Source of the DNA: Perna viridis | Taxonomy: Eukaryota | Assembly: GCA_037379345.1 (NCBI GenBank) | Contig: CM074521.1 | Span: 30,900,704 to 30,964,703, forward strand | Length of the DNA stretch: 64,000 nucleotides | Reading direction: 5' to 3' | Part shown: positions 62,101 to 64,000 of the stretch, one piece after another | Position numbering within the stretch: the stretch's first letter is position 1 | Layout: the number at the start of each line of letters is the position of its first letter | Position numbers and translations under genes: made by a program | The notes under the pieces: model-generated | The model's input: the letters and a program-made list of their open reading frames with translations, nothing else | What the model was told of the DNA's origin: nothing | Database searches by the model: none

Positions 62101-64000
62101 ACTGTATTTACAGGATAAACTGTTAAAGGTTTTACTTATATCCTCTGTATTTACAGGATAAACCTTACAAGGTCAGACTAATATCCTCTGTATTTACAGG
62201 ATAAACCTTATAAGGTCAGACTAATCTCCATTGTATTTACAAGATAAACCTTATAAGGTCAGACTAATATCCACTGTATTTACAGGATAAACCTTACAAG
62301 GTCAGAATAATGTCCACTGTATTTACGGGATAAACCTTTAAGGTCAGACTAATGTCCTCTGTAGGCTAAAAACCACTAATTCCACTTCCCATAGGCTTCT
62401 ATGCTAATTTCACAATATTCAATGGCTTCTCTGGACTTTACCTTAACTTTAACCTGCAGAGGACTATATATCAGCATGATTCTACATATGTCAGCTCACA
62501 ATCCTCAGAATGGCATGTGGGGTTAGCAGACTTGCAGTGCAGTACTGGTCACCGGAAGTGAAGTGTCTATAAATAGCATGGGAAATCCCAGTGTTTTCAC
62601 AAGATAGGGGTATATTTAGAAATCATTATGGAGATTAGGCTTCACATCACAAGAAGCAAAATGCACCTATAAAATGTACAGAAATGTTTTTCCTTTCAGA
62701 AACTGTTTAAATTTTTTAAATGAGATGAGAACTTTTTTCACAGCACTATGAGGAACAGGGGTAATTTCTGCGTAGGACTATTTTTGCGTACGCTCCAAAT
62801 GCTCATTGGTTGAATTGGTGGTCTGTAACCTGTATTAACAGAATAAACCTTACAAGGTCAGACTAATATCCTCTGTATTTACAGGATAAACCTCATAAGT
62901 TGAGATTTATATCCTCTGTATTTACAAGATAAACCTTATAAGGTCAGACTAATATCCTCTGTATTTACAGGATAAACCTTTAAAGGTTTAAAACTTTTAC
63001 TTTTATCTACTGTATTTACAGGATAAATCTGTAAATTTTCAATAAATTTGCTTCGTATTGACAGGGTAAAAATAATGCTCTGTCTTAATTGCAGGTATTA
63101 CTATATGGGTAACAGAATGGAGAACTAAATATAGAAGAGAGATGAATTTACTGGATAATAAAAAAAATACAAAAGCTGTTGACTCACTGCTTAACTTTGA
63201 AACAGTAAGTATAGAAATGAATACCTTTAAAGATTGCTTTTAATTTTTGACCAAGTTCATGATGTGTAAACTACCACAAAGTTATGCAAGCATAATTTTG
63301 TCAAATATGAATTAATCCTTATAATTTAATTTCTAATGGATTCCAGTCAAAATTAAGATTTATTCCTTCATCAAAGACTTATTTAGTTAAAAATTATTGG
63401 AATTGCAGACTGTGAATCAATTGACGCTTTTGACACATAGTTCCATGTTAGTCACTGGAAAATAACCTATCTTGCTCAAAAGGAGAAATAACCAATCAAA
63501 AGGCTGATAACATATCAAATTAAATAATTATAAAATAAATGGTAATTTTCGTGTATAAATGAAAAGTTACCAGTCTTTTTTGTTAGGTATCACAATACAT
63601 TATGGGCTTTCCACAGAAACAAAACAAAACTTTTTTTTCACTATAGAAGTGATTGCAAGTCATCATGGCAATATTTTTTTTCTACAGTGAAGCACAATGG
63701 ACTAGTTCATAAATTGAAGTTCAGTTCTCGTATACAATGTTGTGCCATCACAGCAAACCATTAAAATACACCTTGACCAATCAATAACGTCATGAACAAT
63801 GCAATCCAAGAATGCCACACAGCTGCTAACTCAGTCCATTAACTTTTGTAGAGAGTTTTTCAATTTCCAAAATATCCAGCATTTATTTATATACAACCCT
63901 TTTTATTTACCATAGAGGGTGTGCTTGTGAGGTTGTAAGTTTATTTTCACATCAGATGTGATATTTTTCTTAATTCTTTATTTCAGGTGAAATACTACGG
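52938..64000 (+). CDS. ABCB6: ABC transporter B family member 6 (ABCB6/HMT-1-like), 3'-partial, 10 coding exons visible
   Basis: Exons 52938-53138, 53751-54043, 55442-55574, 56465-56645, 57936-58079, 59179-59281, 60806-60895, 61639-61760, 63095-63204, 63987-64000, all GT-AG and in phase. TMD0 (YC..W...[29 protein letters not shown]), [79 protein letters not shown]. Confidence 0.95.
53751..54043 (+). CDS. ABCB6: ABCB6 exon (TMD0)
   Basis: tttacag acceptor, AC|gtatga donor; [13 protein letters not shown]. Confidence 0.9.
54220..54305. repeat. Intronic hairpin, probably a MITE core
   Basis: gtgttattgacttttggaaaaacagatattta / tgaatatctg..gttttcccaaaagtcaatgacac. Confidence 0.7.
55442..55574 (+). 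CDS. ABCB6: ABCB6 exon
   Basis: [18 protein letters not shown]; tttcag acceptor, CAG|gtattg donor. Confidence 0.9.
56201..56447. repeat. About 81-bp tandem repeat, 3 units, ending next to an ABCB6 acceptor
   Basis: ttgagtgggtccattcttaggcctgtctgtggatccccttttcaga...tactaaaata x3. Confidence 0.92.
56465..56645 (+). CDS. ABCB6: ABCB6 exon
   Basis: [26 protein letters not shown]; tctag acceptor, G|gtaagt donor. Confidence 0.92.
56666..56878. mobile_element. TACTGT...ACAGTA MITE
   Basis: TIR tactgtgaa..t.ttcgtgg / ccacgaat..ttcacagta; related to 26193-26398. Confidence 0.7.
57936..58079 (+). CDS. ABCB6: ABCB6 exon
   Basis: VNSLT...[17 protein letters not shown]; tttcag acceptor, A|gtaagt donor. 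Confidence 0.88.
58375..58490 (+). mobile_element. Degenerate tRNA-derived SINE head
   Basis: A-box-like ggtggttccatggtagtgtgctc and B-box-like gaggtcaatccc; no intact cloverleaf. Confidence 0.4.
58943..59130. repeat. 31-bp minisatellite, 6 units
   Basis: aatgtctgccataagtcgtacagctacaatc repeated. Confidence 0.96.
59179..59281 (+). CDS. ABCB6: ABCB6 exon
   Basis: [27 protein letters not shown]; cttag acceptor, AA|gtaagt donor. Confidence 0.92.
59377..59765. repeat. Diverged direct duplication of about 200 bp (2 units)
   Basis: atcccaaatat..aaatccttc..aggc..ctggagat..ttctact.cagaaaaag..ttcccac.agaatttttaca at 59377 and 59580. Confidence 0.8.
60806..60895 (+). CDS. ABCB6: ABCB6 exon
   Basis: [24 protein letters not shown]; AAG acceptor, AG|gtgagg donor. 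Confidence 0.92.
61639..61760 (+). CDS. ABCB6: ABCB6 exon
   Basis: [22 protein letters not shown]; ttgtag acceptor, G|gtaagt donor. Confidence 0.92.
62041..63030. repeat. 43-bp minisatellite (about 12 units) split by a Kolobok-like MITE
   Basis: tatcctctgtatttacaggataaaccttataaggtcagactaa repeated on both sides of 62364-62830. Confidence 0.95.
62364..62830. mobile_element. Kolobok-like non-autonomous DNA transposon, copy B
   Basis: Differs from 42126-42582 by about 4 substitutions and one 10-bp indel; 4-bp TSD TGTA (62360-62363 / 62831-62834). Confidence 0.88.
63095..63204 (+). CDS. ABCB6: ABCB6 exon
   Basis: [26 protein letters not shown]; ttgcag acceptor, ACA|gtaagt donor. Confidence 0.93.
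63987..64000 (+). CDS. ABCB6: ABCB6 exon start, truncated by window
   Basis: tttcag|GTG AAA TAC TAC continues FET-VKYY. Confidence 0.88.

Overview
AT-rich, intron-rich animal genomic DNA. The repeat families and genes suggest a bivalve mollusc (inference). There are three N gaps: 35841-35968, 44502-44634 and 46243-46398. (1) 2857-29890 (+): 17 frame-consistent GT-AG exons of an ARHGAP21/23-type PDZ-PH-RhoGAP gene, about 1856 aa visible, with its 5' end left of the window. (2) 35376-48372: head-to-tail tandem duplication of a roughly 5 kb unit carrying a minus-strand, intronless-CDS small heat-shock protein gene with two alpha-crystallin domains. Copy 2 (45308-46021) is intact; copy 1 (36628-37342) has a 1-nt frameshift. 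Only copy 1 carries a 3.8 kb nested insertion: a 5'-truncated LINE that is itself interrupted by a FLYWCH/MULE deletion derivative (8-bp TSD) and a Kolobok-like MITE (TTAA TSD). A near-identical second copy of that MITE sits in an ABCB6 intron with a TGTA TSD. (3) 52938 to the window end (+): the first 10 coding exons of an ABCB6/HMT-1-type ABC half-transporter. Upstream of it is a cluster of metal-response-element cores, partly inside another Kolobok-like element. Introns hold many minisatellites (one with a 403-bp higher-order repeat, one built from a 3' splice site plus microexon plus donor) and MITE, SINE, Penelope-like and HINE-like relics. No prokaryotic features or CRISPR array were found, and I see no clearly new gene system. 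The most interesting signals are regulatory and structural.
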